Positions 13,555-33,232 are shown, numbered from the stretch's first letter. The stretch: DNA of 64,000 bases from the human T2T-CHM13v2.0 reference genome, Homo sapiens (GCF_009914755.1 NC_060941.1); one strand, 5' to 3'. Notes: generated by a model not told the origin, from the letters alone. Made by a program: numbers and translations.

Positions 13555-14070
13555 CTCATTCTTCATTCATTTATTCAACAACCGCATGCTAAGGTACTAG
13601 ACTATGCCCTGGAGTTACAAGATGAAGATGATACAGTCCACCCCTCAGCAATCATATGCTATAACCTGAAAAAGCAGACAAATAGGCAATTTCCATACCA
13701 AGTCATAGATACCCTGACAGGTATAAAACAGGGCACTATTGGAATGCAAGAGGGATACCTATCCCAGTTTTGTCTCGATACTGTAGGCTTTTCGGTGGAG
13801 GCATGGTTAGTGGATACCTGAAGGATGAGAAAAAAAGGTTGGCAGATAGAGCAAAGAAGCAAGTGCAAAGAGCTGGAGAAGGACGAGCACTGTGGAATTC
13901 TGTGCAGTCCAGTTTGGCTGGATCCTAGAGCAAAGGGGCAGAGTAAAGTAAGTGGTGAGAGATAAGCCTGAGTAACTTGACAAGAACCAAATGAACGTGG
14001 GTGTTTATATTACATGTTAAGGAATTTGGAACTTTTTCTGAGGGCAAAAGTAAACCAATGACACTGTAAA
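13555..14070 (-). mobile_element. L2 3' fragment (hosts the exonised CCDC144 exon)
   Basis: cattcatttattcaaca...cctgaaggatgag...gtgcaaag...catgttaaggaatttggaac are typical antisense L2 motifs. Confidence 0.7.
13818..13924 (-). pseudogene. CCDC144B: CCDC144 cassette exon, 107 nt, exonised from L2 ([36 protein letters not shown])
   Basis: Acceptor ttgctctag|GA and donor CAG|gtatcc; peptide matches the CCDC144A C-terminus as I recall it; lies inside an L2. Confidence 0.7.
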
Positions 14071-14502
14071 TGACTGGAGATTTAAAGTGTTACCTCTCAA
14101 GCGACTGCTTATAAACTGTAACTGCTTGAATAGGTTACTAGATGAGACTGGGATGTTTTGGCCTTAAAAATCACTACCATAACCCTGAGAAATTGATGAT
14201 GCCTCTGTTTTCTGAGAACCGTTTCTGTGTGCTGGCTGACAATTCCATAGGGATGGCAGAAGTGAAGAGTAGAGCCAGACTTCTTGAGCTATTTTTTTCA
14301 AGCTATGGAACGTGATGAATTCATGAGGCATAAGTATGCTCTTCATTATACATGTTCAAGTTTTCACATCTTTCATTAGATGTATATGAAAGAATATTTA
14401 ATGTAGTATCTACTAGCCCAAGAACGGAAAGGGATGTCGTTTGCAGTTTATTTCAGATATATATTACTTAATCAATTTAATTCATAAATTTTGGTAACAT
14501 AC

Positions 14503-14545
14503 CTGCTACTTCTGCAGTTAGATCATTTTGCAACTTCTGCTGCAT
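14503..14545 (-). pseudogene. CCDC144B: CCDC144 exon, 43 nt (MQQKLQNDLTAEVA)
   Basis: Acceptor tatttcag|ATG and donor G|gtatgt. Confidence 0.8.
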
Positions 14546-15894
14546 CTGAAATAAGTCAAATATTATTTATAACGTTTAAGAAGAGACATTATCATGGTAA
14601 GGAGCATTAATTACAAAATGCGGCCTTTAAATAATACTTTTACAGACTAGACCTAATTTGAAGATTGCTTAAATTAAAAATATCATATAAATTCCTACCA
14701 ATTTTAAGTTTAGATAATGGAGAACATATATGTGTTATGCTGTTTAGATTAATCTCACAAAAGTACAATTAATATTGGTCTGTTGGATCTATGTCATTTC
14801 AAAAGTGTGATGTTTTCCCTTATTAGTACAGAGGTTACACAATTCAAGTCATATTCTGCAATGAATGCATTACTTTCCCATTCTTATCAAAACTCTGCCC
14901 TTTATCAAGGTCTAACCAGTTTTTCACTTTAATGAATAGTTCCTTACAATGAACTCTCCATTCTCCACTTTTAGAAAATAATAATTTCAAAGTATGTTCT
15001 TTGCTATTAATTCAGCACAGAATCTTTAATACATACTTGAAGAAAGCAGTATTGTTGTGATGCCATGTGAAAGTTCCACTGGCAAAAGATTAAAAATATT
15101 ACGCTATTATGATTAACATTTCTTCATTCATACGGACACAAAGATTTCAGAAAATTTACATAAAAACAAGGATAAATACAGGTTAGAGCCAGTTTTCAAT
15201 CTTAGTTTCTGTGATTCATGAATGTCTAGAATTAAAAACTAGGAAAACAATTTAGAGTTATTTAACTGCAACTTTGATTTCTTTTCAGAAATTAGTACCC
15301 ATTTTTTAAGCATCTGACAAGTTATAGTTAGCTACTTAATTATGAAAGGTGTGGGAATATTTCAAACTTATTGCCAGTGTCCCTATCTAGAGTGCTCTGA
15401 TTTAATTTTTTTTTAGAATAGGTATTCTCTCACTAAATGCCTAGAACAGGGTCTGAGATAGTTTGTGGTGATAAAGATAATGATATCTAATGCCTTTACA
15501 AATTTTAGGTGTCAAGTCAATTTTTTTGTTTTACTAACAGGTTTACCAATATTTTGAGACTCCTTTCCATAACATTTCTGTGACAAAAACATTATAGATA
15601 GGCTTTATAGAGTAGGTAACATGACAACAGCATTACCATCCAGGCCTTATAAAAGTAATAATTCAAGAAATGATCCTTTTCAAGCTATGTCCCACAGAAA
15701 TCTAAGGTTCCACAGAGGATGCTGAAGGATTAAGGGATAAGAAAGTCACAGCTTCAGAGCACTGATCCTTCCTTTAGTCAGGCAGCACTACTTCTGTTTT
15801 CTATAATGTGGTTTTATGCAATTTAAAAAAGTTCCATTCTTAAAAAAAAAAAGAGATTTACTTAAACGTATGAATGTCACTGATTTAGTCAAAG

Positions 15895-16030
15895 TCCTTA
15901 ATTTTACATAAGAAACAAAACAGGCTTGGAGAGACTGCAGCTTGCCTGAGGTCACAAAACCAATTAGTTACAAGGTAGGAGTGGGCTTCAGATCTTTCAC
16001 TGAGCCTGGAGTTATTCTATGCCAGCACCT
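15895..16030 (-). mobile_element. MIR fragment
   Basis: attttacataagaaac...cttgcctgaggtcaca core motif. Confidence 0.5.
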
Positions 16031-16070
16031 TCCTTCATATTCAGAAAAGAAATACAGGTTTTTAAAAATA

Positions 16071-16718
<648 letters not shown>

Positions 16719-17995
16719 TCATGATGCTCTATAATGTTTAAGCATGAGACAAAAAATAGTAGCTCTCCAAATTTGTAAGTTATGAATCAAATTTAAAGAA
16801 CAATTAATATCATAACTTCTGGCTAGTACCAGTCAAGACACTCAATTTATAAAGAACCCATTTTTCAAACCGCAGAACAGAAAACTTGAAGGAGAAAATC
16901 TTTAGTTGAACCAAGCAAGCAGAAATTAAGAAAACTGTTCCTTAAAAGAACTATTCATTCTCCTCCAAATAAGACGTGGTTTAGGAAAATCAATCAAGTC
17001 AATTACCCATGTTGTGAGTTATTTATAGAAAAACTGAAAACACAAAACAGATTTCTCTTTACCGTCTAGCATACGTCTGTCCAACTTCTCATCATTAATT
17101 TGTACATACAAAGACATGGGATTAATTTCAATTATCACTTAAATCCAGCCATAAATGATAGGAGAACCTTCATTTTCCTGGCCTCAGGTTTCAAATGAGG
17201 ACTTAGACTCTCTCTACCTATAGCTTCCTCTTGAGAGGATATCAGATCTACCTAATGGGTGAATTTGGGCAAAGCACACAGTGTGCTTGCTTGGCTCAGG
17301 GTCTCTTTCAAAAGATGTGTCTGCCCACAGTGACATGAGTTCAGGTCTGCTGTCATCTCTGCAGTAAGCAGCACGCACCTGCGATGGGTGTCAAGCATTT
17401 GTTTTCTCCACTTAAAACTCTGTGGGTTAGTGCCTAATCTGGCATAAAATACTGTGGCTGCACATCTGAGCCTCATCCTCCCATTAGTTATCATGAGTCT
17501 GCAATAGAGCTAGTGTGTTGATGTCCATCTATCTGACTCCTGTGTTCTGAACTCAGAAGGGAAGGAGGAGCACCATTTGCTGCCTATCCACCACAGCCTG
17601 AACAAGAAAGATGACTGTATAACACTTATAGAAATAGTTTCTTCTTCCTTGACTTTTCTAATCTTACCATACATTCTTCACAACTACCTCCACTTTAAAG
17701 AGGGGAGGAGTTAGAAAATTTTTTTAAAGAAATATAGTGAAATCAGTACCAAAGGCAAAGTCCAATAAATACAAAGTTCACTCTTCAGCAATAATTTATT
17801 GACAGGCTACTGCTAAATTATACTTGAGATTACAGGCTGGAAAATAAGGAGCCAATAAAACTATAAAAAGTACTTCTGATATATAGGACAAAGGATCCCA
17901 GGGTTAATCTAGAATGTGAAACCTGTAAGTAAAAATCAGTAAAACATAGGCATAGCAATCTATTATCACTACAATGGTGTTAAGTGGCAAGGCTA

Positions 17996-18655
17996 TGTGG
18001 CAGGCCAGGTCTCACTAACGCAGGCCTCCATAACAACTGCTTTGGCACTGACTGAGTAGTTAAGTTAAACATTAAAAGCTGAAAGAGCCAGTGCCCTTAT
18101 ACAGGCTGGAATGTAACAAAAGCCCACCAAGAATCTTGCCTAGGCCTTCCCTGGGCCTTAAAGTATGACAAAATAATGAAGGAATTCTTAATAGGACCTG
18201 TTTGGTATTAAACAAGTTTTACTGGGGATCTCAAGAAACTCCCCAGGCCTCCACAAATAAGTTTATTGGGGGTCTAATGGAACTCCCAAACCTCCATGAT
18301 TTAGCAGGAGACAAGATAAGGGTAATCGCTCCAGCACCTGGACCCATTTAGATTAAATAAATTTACTGAAGCTCCAGAGGAAGGTCTGCAGGACTTAGAT
18401 CTTAGTTATAGATTAAAAGAAGTTAATCACTTATGTCTATAGACGAATGCACACTTACATGTAGATATATAGCTTAGAAGGTATATAAGCTCTGGAAAAC
18501 TTTGTAATTTTGAATTGGTGTGGTAATAATTTCCAGGCCTTCCTTGTAACCCTGTAACCGGTTGCAGAAAATAAAACCTCTCTTCCCAATTCATCTGCAT
18601 CTCATTACTGGACCATGATAAATAGCAGCCCGACTCTCAGTTTGGTCTGGGAACA
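17996..18655 (+). mobile_element. ERV1-class solo LTR (LTR15-like; subfamily uncertain)
   Basis: TG...CA ends (tgtggcaggccaggtctcactaacgc...gggaaca), TATA-like motif near 18483, AATAAA near 18570. Confidence 0.75.
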
Positions 18656-19189
18656 GTCAGACTCTAGACTTCATATAATGGGGTGAGAGATGCAATAAAT
18701 ACTAACTGTCATGAATGTAGAGAAAACTTGTTTCAACAACCAGTTATAATATATTATTTCTCTGGTGTGTGATTTCATACAAAATTATAACCATTTTTCT
18801 TGAGGTTAGAGACAATGCTGAGTACGATAGCACTTCACAGTAGGAATAGTCCAAAGTGTTAAAATCTTGCAAATAAAGGAGATGTATAAACAGATCCAAT
18901 ATTAGTGCTATTTTTAACATTTTGCTTTTGAAAATCGTAGCTAAAAATTTCCAAATATCCTGTTTTGTAATGCCCCACCCAGAAACCCGCCCCACCCAGA
19001 AACCCACCCCACCCCCTACCTTTTTTGTAAATCTCAGTTTAGATGGTATGTTACCTCCTCCTCCTTGTATTAGCTGATGTTTTCCTATAGGAAATACTTA
19101 AGTTCCTAGCAACTCTAGAAGGCACCTTCTTTCTGTAACTCTAAAAATTCTGTAGACAACAGCTGTATAAGAACTCTTCCAAGGTGTGA

Positions 19190-19502
<313 letters not shown>

Positions 19503-19660
19503 ACTCATATCTTGATATAATCATGCTTTTAAATCTCTTTTAGTAAATCTAACATGATTGGGCAAAAAATGCCCCACAAGGAAACTAGGTATGCCTTGGA
19601 ACTACTACATTAACATTAACTTTAAAACAAACAAATTTTCTACTTATCTAGAAATACTAA

Positions 19661-20054
<394 letters not shown>

Positions 20055-20126
20055 TACATCTGCTTTTTATACTCTCTCAGCACCATCTTGTAAAATGATA
20101 CATTACCTTGTTTTTCTGGTAAGTAC

Positions 20127-20596
20127 TGTGAAAGGAAAATATCTTGGGCCTCCAAAATCACTAAGCTAAAAGGAAAACTCAGGCTGGAAACTGCTTAGGG
20201 CAAACCTGCCTCCCATTCTATTCAAAGTTACCTCTCTGCTCACTAAGATAAATGCAGATCTGACTGTCTCCTTTGGAAAGGCTAATCAGAAACTCAAAAG
20301 AGTGCAACTGTTTGTCTCTCACCTATCTGTGACCTGGAAGCCCCCTCCCCGCTACCAGTCTTCCTCCCTTTGCTTCAAATTGTCCCGCCTTTCCAGAGTG
20401 AACCAATGTACTTCTTAAATATATTGATTGATGTCTCATGTCTCCCTAAAATGTATAAAACCAAGCTGTGCCCCAACCACCTTGGACACATGTCATCAGG
20501 ACTTCCTGAGGCTGTGTCACGGATGTGTGTCCTCAACCTCGGCAAAATAAACTTTCTAAATTAATTGAGACTTGTCTCAAATTTGGGGGGTTCATA
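20127..20596 (+). mobile_element. MER4A-type ERV1 solo LTR
   Basis: Starts tgtgaaaggaaaatatcttgggcctccaaaatcactaagctaaa; 4-bp TSD GTAC on both sides. Confidence 0.88.
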
Positions 20597-21089
20597 GTAC
20601 TAATGAGAACATTATATTTGCATCTTGCTTAACCATTGACAGACGTATTTAACATTCATTTCCCATTAGTACCCAGTGGTACAATTTCGTGACTGAGGCA
20701 TTTGGATGCTGATCATCTCATTTTTTTCAGAAAAATAAAACCTAAGCGAACAATATGATTAAAAATATCAGCTAGCTGGGCTCTTGTAATCTATGTATTA
20801 AAACAATCATTTAATGCATTCTCTTTTAAGCTATTTAGCCACAATGCTATCTAAGAAACCTTAGATTTGCTCTTCTATGATTTGTTAGGACACGAAATAG
20901 CCAGGTAAACACAACAAGGTTGAGGTTCATTCCATGTGGGCCTGTGCTACTTTTCTGTGCGCTAAGGAGATCATAAAAACATCAAAACTATAAGCCAATG
21001 TGCATCGATGGAAAATTTTAAAAACAACAATATACACAAAGAAAACTATTTATTGTTGTTCAAACAAATGTTTTACGGATTTTGTAATT

Positions 21090-21260
21090 TTTTTAAGAGA
21101 CAGAATCTTGCTATGTTGCCCAGATTGGAATGCTGCAGTGCCGTAGCTACTCACAGGAATAATCATTGCGCACTGCAGATTTGAACTCCTGGGTTCAAGT
21201 GATCTTCCTGCCTCAGCCTCAGGAGCAGCTGGGACTACAGGTGTGTGCCACTGTGCCCAG
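21090..21260 (-). mobile_element. FAM (fossil Alu monomer)
   Basis: Monomer with 7SL-derived ctactcacagg...gcgcactgcag segment; TSD tttgtaatttt. Confidence 0.7.
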
Positions 21261-22335
21261 TTTTTGTAATTTTCCCTCAGTTGAAAAATGGACAAATGTT
21301 AGACAAATACCTTAATCTGGGTCAAGCATAGTTGAACTACGTTTTGTTTTTTTTTTCCTTACCAACTCTATAGTTGATACAGCTCGTCATTTTTGGATCC
21401 ATTTTGAAATCCCCAGAAATAGACTCTTACTCTGAGTGAAACCACACGGTTGAACTAAAAGGTTCCTGTTACATGTCCAGGGGAGATGTCCATGTGCAGC
21501 TTTACATGGAATTTGGGGTATTAAGAATAGAACTGATTCTGTTTGGTCACATTTGCTATTGAAGGACTCTAGATACCATTGCCATCTTAGTCATCAATTA
21601 CTAAAGTTATGGCCAGGTAGAGAGACAAAACTTATGTGAGCTTTACTTTAAAAATTCAAATATTTATTTGATTTAACTATTTCAAAACCACTGTGCTATT
21701 GCATAGCAATAGACACATTTTACTAAAATTGGGATTAAAACACTATTAAGTGCAATAGCAATTACAGATGTACTCATGTAAGAAAATCACAAAACTTTGA
21801 ACTTAAAGAACAGATTAATCAAGTGTTGCAGGTTTATATAACATACAAAAGTATTCACCTTGGGTCCTTTTAAATAATAAACATCCATGGGTGGTTAGTG
21901 TTTGGACACCAATCATTCACATATGATGACGGGTAGAAAACCTGAGATGATGCAGAAAAACTTTAAAAGTGACCCCAGGCACACTAAACCATTAAAAGTG
22001 AACCCCAGACAAACTAAAATCAATTAGTAAGACAAAGCACATCAAAGTAAACCTTTGGTTAAAATCTAACTTAAATGCAGTTTTTAAAAAAATTTAAAAT
22101 GTGTCAGTTTGGTTACATTTATTAAATAAAGTTAACAAAGGAGTAATCTCTTATGAATGAGAGCTCCAGAGACTTAAAAATAACTGTAAAATTTCTGTCT
22201 CCTCTCTTTATTAACACAGGTAATTATTACTTTTACTTACCATACACAAGACAATTAAGTAACTGAGTATTTTACCAAATAACACACAAGAATTCTATCA
22301 GAAATCTGAACGCCGAAGGAAAAAAGATAGCTAAC

Positions 22336-22545
22336 CTTCAACAAGTAGCTCTCCATGTCCTTAAGAGCAGACCTCTTTTTTCTTGGAATATGTTTTCTGT
22401 TGAGACCTTCACTATCATTAAGATTTCCAACGCAAGGTGACTTAGGACTGGCCTTGTAGCATAAGCAGTGAATAGAGATCTGGATCTGGTCTGCTCTTTC
22501 TCCACAGTAAGTTGCGTACTGACCTCTGCTATCATCTCATTAGTT
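22336..22545 (-). pseudogene. CCDC144B: CCDC144 exon, 210 nt, with a second -1 frameshift ([11 protein letters not shown]...RPVL / [12 protein letters not shown]...SYLLK)
   Basis: Acceptor tcgtag|A and donor AAG|gttagc; 211 nt would be needed for phase; ORF 22338..22535 leaves the family frame after RPVL. Confidence 0.85.
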
Positions 22546-22899
22546 CTACGAAGATTGAAAAAGACAAATGCTTAGTATTTCATTTTTTCCTAAATGATTC
22601 CTAAATGACTTCGATTGTTCTAAAAGTTGCCATTAAGAGTAAATGGAATATACCATAGGCCGTGTTTTAACTCTGAAAATGTGTTAGAGCATGCCTACTG
22701 TATCCAATTATAGTTTTAACATTGTTCTAAAGAAGTACATCTATTTCTAGAGGGATTTCTAACAAACAAGTAGTTCAAAGAGAGGGAGGGGACAGAAAAG
22801 ACTATCAATGATGTATGGCTTCATAGTTAACACTTGTTGCCCATCTGGAATGACTCTACTTATACGATTCTTAAGGATGCCATTAGAATTACTTGTATT

Positions 22900-23035
22900 C
22901 CAAGGGTAACTATGTGAAATGATGAAGATATTAATTTGCTTGACAAAATAACCATTTCACTGCGTATAAATATATCAAAACATCAAGTTGTACTCCTTAA
23001 ATATATACAAGAAAAAAACTAAAAGTAAAAATAAA
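22900..23035 (+). mobile_element. L1MA 3' end fragment
   Basis: gtaactatgtgaaatgatg...catcaagttgtactccttaaatatatac followed by an A-rich tail. Confidence 0.6.
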
Positions 23036-23982
23036 AGCTAGAAATACTTGTATTTAGTAAACAATACATGTTGTTAGAGATTGTCTAAAAAACTCTCTCT
23101 CAAAGACATTTTCAAACAATTGTTTTCACCACCCTTGTATATTTCACCCATTATCTGGAAAAAATTGAGCATTTGGCACTGAGGAATCATTCACGGCGAC
23201 TTTTCCTTGGGGAGAATAAGACTGCTGAAATCAAAGAGAACTAAAGCAGCATCGAGGACAATCAGCTCCTAACACTGTGGCCCATGTATCAGAGGTGGGG
23301 CCTGCCCTTTCTGTCTTCCATATACCCCCTCAGGCTGACCAAGGTGTTATTTTTTATCACTTAGTAAGTTATACTTCCCTTCAACCCTAGTTGATCATTC
23401 TCTGCTTCACAAGTGTGCCTTTATGTGGATTGGAAAAACTATACAGGACACTTCTTCTCAAGGCACCCTCTAATGATCACAATCAAGCAAAGTGAATTTA
23501 CTGAGTGCCAGAATGTGTCCAGAGTAGTCGTACTTGACCCTTTCGGTTTTCAGCTGTCGTCTTCCAGAAATTAATTAAATTCATTAATATTTTGAATTAA
23601 GGGAATACTGACAAGCAATTTTTATAATGGTATCACTGTCTAAATTATGAAGCTTCATAAATATTTAGCTGAAACCCTAATAGATCAGGTTAACTATATA
23701 AGAATATTAAGGGGTGGGGGGAAGCCACATAAAACCAAAAAACAGGAGAGACAGGAACTGTCCTGGACTAAAGATTTTAAAGGTTACGTTCATTTACTAT
23801 TTTCAATTTTACTTAAAGGTTAAGTTCATTTACTATTTATAATTTACAATTTTCCAAAATTGTATGATCTAGTTAGCTTTCACTTCCCACAAATCTCATG
23901 AACCTGTCTCACTAAAAGTCATGCTTTTGAAGGCAAATTAATGAGCTTAACTTATTTTCTATGATTCTGCATATTGACTTAC

Positions 23983-24203
23983 CTACTGAGTTCATTTGAC
24001 AAGGATTCTCTAACTTTTACTTCTTCTAGGTAGAGTTCCTTATATCTTTCCAATTCGGTTTTATTAAAGTCGGCTTGCGAAGTTTTTATTCTGGAGATTT
24101 CAGATTCCAGATCTTTGATTGTGAGTTCCATCTGAGTTTTTATTGAAGTAGTATTATCCTCCCTTAACTGTGCTAACTGTTCATGAGATACTGCTGCTTG
24201 TTT
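23983..24203 (-). pseudogene. CCDC144B: CCDC144 exon, 221 nt ([17 protein letters not shown]...SLSNELSR)
   Basis: Acceptor attttag|AAA and donor AG|gtaagt; open frame translated by hand. Confidence 0.88.
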
Positions 24204-24287
24204 CTAAAATAAATTAAAAGGGAACATTTTAAAAGTAATTATAACCTGAATAATTACTGTGTATTTGTTTCCTTTTGTTTGGAGTCA

Positions 24288-24336
24288 GTGACTCAGAGAA
24301 CAATTTTAAGTATGTGATTCAGAGAACAATTTTAAG
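24288..24336. repeat. 26-bp-period tandem duplication
   Basis: gtga(c/t)tcagagaacaattttaag occurs twice. Confidence 0.8.
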
Positions 24337-24802
24337 AAAAATGTGAAGAAAGAAAGAAGCTCAAGCTTAACATATTTATCACCAGTACCAACTGAATTAA
24401 TAACTGAATCTGAATTGTTGAACAATTCTCCAAAGAATGACAGAACCAAGTTAAAATTTTAAAAGTGGAACAACGTAACTTAAAAGCAGTTCAAGAGTAT
24501 GGTATAATTTCTAAATCACAATTTTTTTTTTTTTTTACTTTTTCTATTAGTCTTGTTTTATGCCAACTGGCTTTAGTAATTAAATGATTCTCTAGTGAGA
24601 ATTATTCTTATGGAAGATCAATTTAGTTATAAGAATGATGGAAACGAAAATATTTAAATGGAGAAACAAATACCACCTTCCTTCTAGAAGTCTACCAAAC
24701 AAATTGCTGTAAGGAAAGTAGAGAAAACATGTACAATGTATATATCCAAAATAAAATTTGCAGTGAAATGAATGAAAGCACATTACAGATAAATGAACCA
24801 AC

Positions 24803-25096
24803 CTGCAAGGTGAGAACGGCTTCGTTTAATTTTTCTTGTATCTCCTTCCTTGCTCTTTCTTCAATCAACAGTTTATGCCGTTCACCTTCACCACGTTCTA
24901 ACATATTTCTTTCCATATAACTTTTGAGGTTTACTACTTCTTGTTTCAGCTGCTTCTTATTCTTCTGTAGTGTTTCACATTGCTTTTGTATTGCTTTCAT
25001 AGAGAATAATGTCTGTTGAAGTTGAAGAACTTCATTCTCTGCATCCAGATGTAGACATCGTGAAGGTACAGTTTCCTGTGCTTCTGTAAGGTCAAT
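24803..25096 (-). pseudogene. CCDC144B: CCDC144 exon, 294 nt ([10 protein letters not shown]...EAVLTLQ)
   Basis: Acceptor catgcag|ATT and donor CAG|gttggt; 98 codons; ORF 24692..25102. Confidence 0.9.
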
Positions 25097-25167
25097 CTGC
25101 ATGAGTAAAACAATATAGTTTGGTAATGAAGAAGGTAGACTGAGAATGGTCTAACAAAAAACTAATA

Positions 25168-25478
25168 TTTTTTTTTTTTTTTTTTTTTTGAGATGGAGTC
25201 TCGCTCTGTCGCCCAGGCTGGAGTACAGTGACGGGATCTCGGCTCACTACAAGCTCTGCCTCCCGGGTTCAGGCCATTCTCCTGCGTAGCTGGAGTAGCT
25301 GGGACTACAGGCGCCCACCACCACCCCTGGCTAAATTTTTTTATTTATTTATTTTTTATTTTTAGTAGATGGGGTTTCACCGTGTTAGCCAGGATGGTCT
25401 CGATCTCCTGACCTCATGATCCACTCGCCTCGGCCTCCCAAAGTGCTGAGATTACAGACGTGAGCCACCGCGCCCAGC
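25168..25478 (-). mobile_element. AluY
   Basis: cgtgttagccaggatggtctcgatctcc; TSD aaaactaata. Confidence 0.92.
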
Positions 25479-27096
25479 CAAAACTAATAATTTTTGAAAT
25501 AAATTCAGTTGCAATAAAATGTTACCTATACTGTTGTAGATTCATAAAATACAGACCCTTGGATTACTCAGAAAATTAAAAACAAAGTTAAAACCACCAG
25601 AATTCACAAAAATACATCCTTTACTTTCATCATCTTTGCCACACAACATTTGGACTTGATCTTAGACTTCTGTTTTCCTATGATTGTTTCATGGCTTTCC
25701 TCCTTAAAATGGCTCTAAGTTACCCCTTTAGCACAAAGTCTCTTATTCCTTTAACCCACTATCATTCTCCATAATTTGCAGAGAAGTTTTAGGGGCATCA
25801 TATTGAATTATTTGGGCCTGAGTCAATAAATGGCTCCCATAATAAGACTCTGAAAATAAGACTCTAATTAATACATTTTGAAAAAAAAAAAAGGATTCCA
25901 ATACCATAAGCCTTTTGCTGAACTGCAAATGTCTTACGCTAATTTGAGTTACATTTCAAAGAGTAATGATACTTGGAGTTAAGAAGCAATCACATCTCCC
26001 AGTATAAAAGTTCAGTGGCATGATCCATACCATTTTTCTGAAGAAAAATGCCTTAATTCAGTAGCACAATCTTGTAATTCATTGTTACTTTACACAAAAT
26101 AAGGGAGCACATTAAAGAATGACAACAAAAAATTGCACTGAAATTTCAGTGGTGCTGAGTTGGAAATAACTGCTTTCCTTTAGAGGACATAATTATGATT
26201 GTTTTTTATTTTATAAAGGTAAGTGAAGTGGTGGTTTTAAAACATCTACAAATTGCTTGCCACTTCTCCCATGACATTCCCTCTCCTGAATACAAGCTGG
26301 CATTGACAACCGGTTTCTCCGGAACACAATGTGGCAGAACTGCTGTGTGACTTCTAAAGTTGGTTACAAAAAGTCACACAGCTTCTACCTGACTCTCTCT
26401 CTAGGGACGCTTGTCCTTAAAATGCAGCCAACATGCTGTGGGGAAGCCCAAACCACACCGTGAACCCTCATGTAGGTAGGTGTTCGAGCTGACTTCCCTA
26501 CCTAACGTCCCAGCCAAAAGCCAGCTTCGAATGCCGCACAGGTAAATAAACAAGCCTTTAGATGATTCTAGTCCCCAGCTTTAAGTCACCTCAGCTGATG
26601 CCAAGTAAAGAGAAAGTGAGTTGGCCCCACTGAGCCTTGCCTAAAACTGCAGATTGTGAACAAAATAGATGTTGTTTTGAGACACTGCATTTTTTTATAT
26701 ACCAAGAAATAACTGATACAGATATTGACACTACATATAGATTGCACAACAACAACACAACAAAAACTACTAAAACATGTAGGACTACCATTGGACCAGG
26801 AGCTAATCAGAAGCTAAAAGGACCTACAGAAGAATAAGCACAAAAACAAGAAGAGTTTTAAAGAGACTGTTAGTGGAAGCCTGATGGTCCTCGAAGAAGC
26901 TGGTAGGAAGGGCTTCAAGGATAGTGAAGAAAACGATACGGGAACCTGAAGGAAAGGGCACTGTTACTACACAGCCGCTGAAAGTAAAACCAATGCAAGA
27001 GATAAGCTAAAGAAAGACTACTACATATAAAAGAACCAGGACTTTCTAGGTTCAGTATCCTTTTTATAGCCTCTCCACATGTCAGATTCCCAAATA

Positions 27097-27383
27097 TAGA
27101 CAGTCCTTGACTTAGCATGGTTCGACTCACCATTTTCTGACTTTTTATAATACTGTGAAAATGATATGTGTTGAGTAATGAAATGATATGTGTAAGCCTT
27201 TTGGCTTACAGGGGTGGTTACATCAGGATAAAGTCACTGTAAATGGAAATTATCGTAAATGGAAAACCCACCCATAACTTCTGATATTTGCAATTTATGA
27301 TGGCCTATAAATTGCAAATATCAGACATAACAAATGCAAATGCCATCCAGACATAAACCCATCCTAATCTGAGGAGCATCTGT
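27097..27383. mobile_element. MER47-like (Tigger) DNA transposon
   Basis: Degenerate TIRs; ends tgaggagcatctg-ta. Confidence 0.6.
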
Positions 27384-28160
27384 ATTGCTGAGATAAATGG
27401 CCTCTGAGATAAGATCAAATCCAGGGTGCTGCCAGGAGAAAGTCTGAAGGTGAAGCCAAGACTGTCAGTGTAAGGCTCTATTTTAAGACCTTAGAAAGAT
27501 TTAAGGCGGTGCCTCAAATTCCCTTAAAGATCTTAAGGGTATACGCATCTTAAGGCACTGTCCTACTACACAGAACAGTGTGCTTCCTTCACAGGAAGCA
27601 CAAGGTGAAGTGCTTATCTCAAAGAGATTGGGACAAGTGGTTTTTCCAATGACAAGAACTCAAGTAAAATTCACAAGAGACTCTAAGAGAATTATAGTAA
27701 CAATAGCACTGCTTGCTAGCTTGGCTTAAAAGACAACAAGACAGTAAAAATGAAAAGAGGCCTTAGGACCTAAGAGCTTCTACAGGGAGGAAGCTGGCTG
27801 AAGAAACTACTTAGCTGAAAACACAGGTCATTGCTTATGAAAAGGATACAACAAAGAGCCAAGAAGGTACCACAAAAAGCCACAGAGTATGGTTCCCATG
27901 AAGTCCAAATCAAGTAAGTGGAAGCACACATCAGGCTGTATTTCAGAATTTCTATGGTCTAATATTCCCTTTGTGACTCCCATTTTCTCTCTGTTCAATA
28001 GGAGGGTCTCTGGCAGTTTAGGAGAACGCTGGGTGGGTGAGTGGTAGACAAGTTGTCCCTTTAGTTCTTACGTCTTTGTGTTGACAAGAAATGCACTCAA
28101 GGGGTTATACCGCAGAAACCACAACCCAGGGTGCATCCCTACCGGCTGTGATAAAGATGG

Positions 28161-28298
28161 TAGGATCTTGCACTTCAAGCCTGAGCTTGCTGCCATATTA
28201 AATGAAACTTGTGTGTGTGTGGTGGGAGGTTAGGATCTTGCACTTTAAGCCTGAGTCTGCTGCCATATTAAATAAAACCTGTGTGTGGGGTGAGAGGT
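28161..28298. repeat. 70-bp tandem duplication
   Basis: taggatcttgcactt...gctgccatattaaat...gaggt occurs twice. Confidence 0.85.
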
Positions 28299-28424
28299 AA
28301 TAATTAGAAATTAGTGTGTTTTTCAAGTTGTAGAAATCTTTTAAATTATAGTTATAGGGTCAATTGTGCAGGTTTTAAAACATGTCTATACATTCCTTAA
28401 TATGCACAGCATAGACAGAGACAT

Positions 28425-33232
<4,808 letters not shown>

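Larger units (their letters stand above)
26228..28420 (+). mobile_element. MLT1 (MaLR) element: 5' LTR 26228-26720, internal sequence, and start of a second LTR
   Basis: catgctgtggggaagccca...aactgcagattgtga...aataactgataca LTR motifs; ggttttaaaacat recurs near 28370. Confidence 0.6.
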
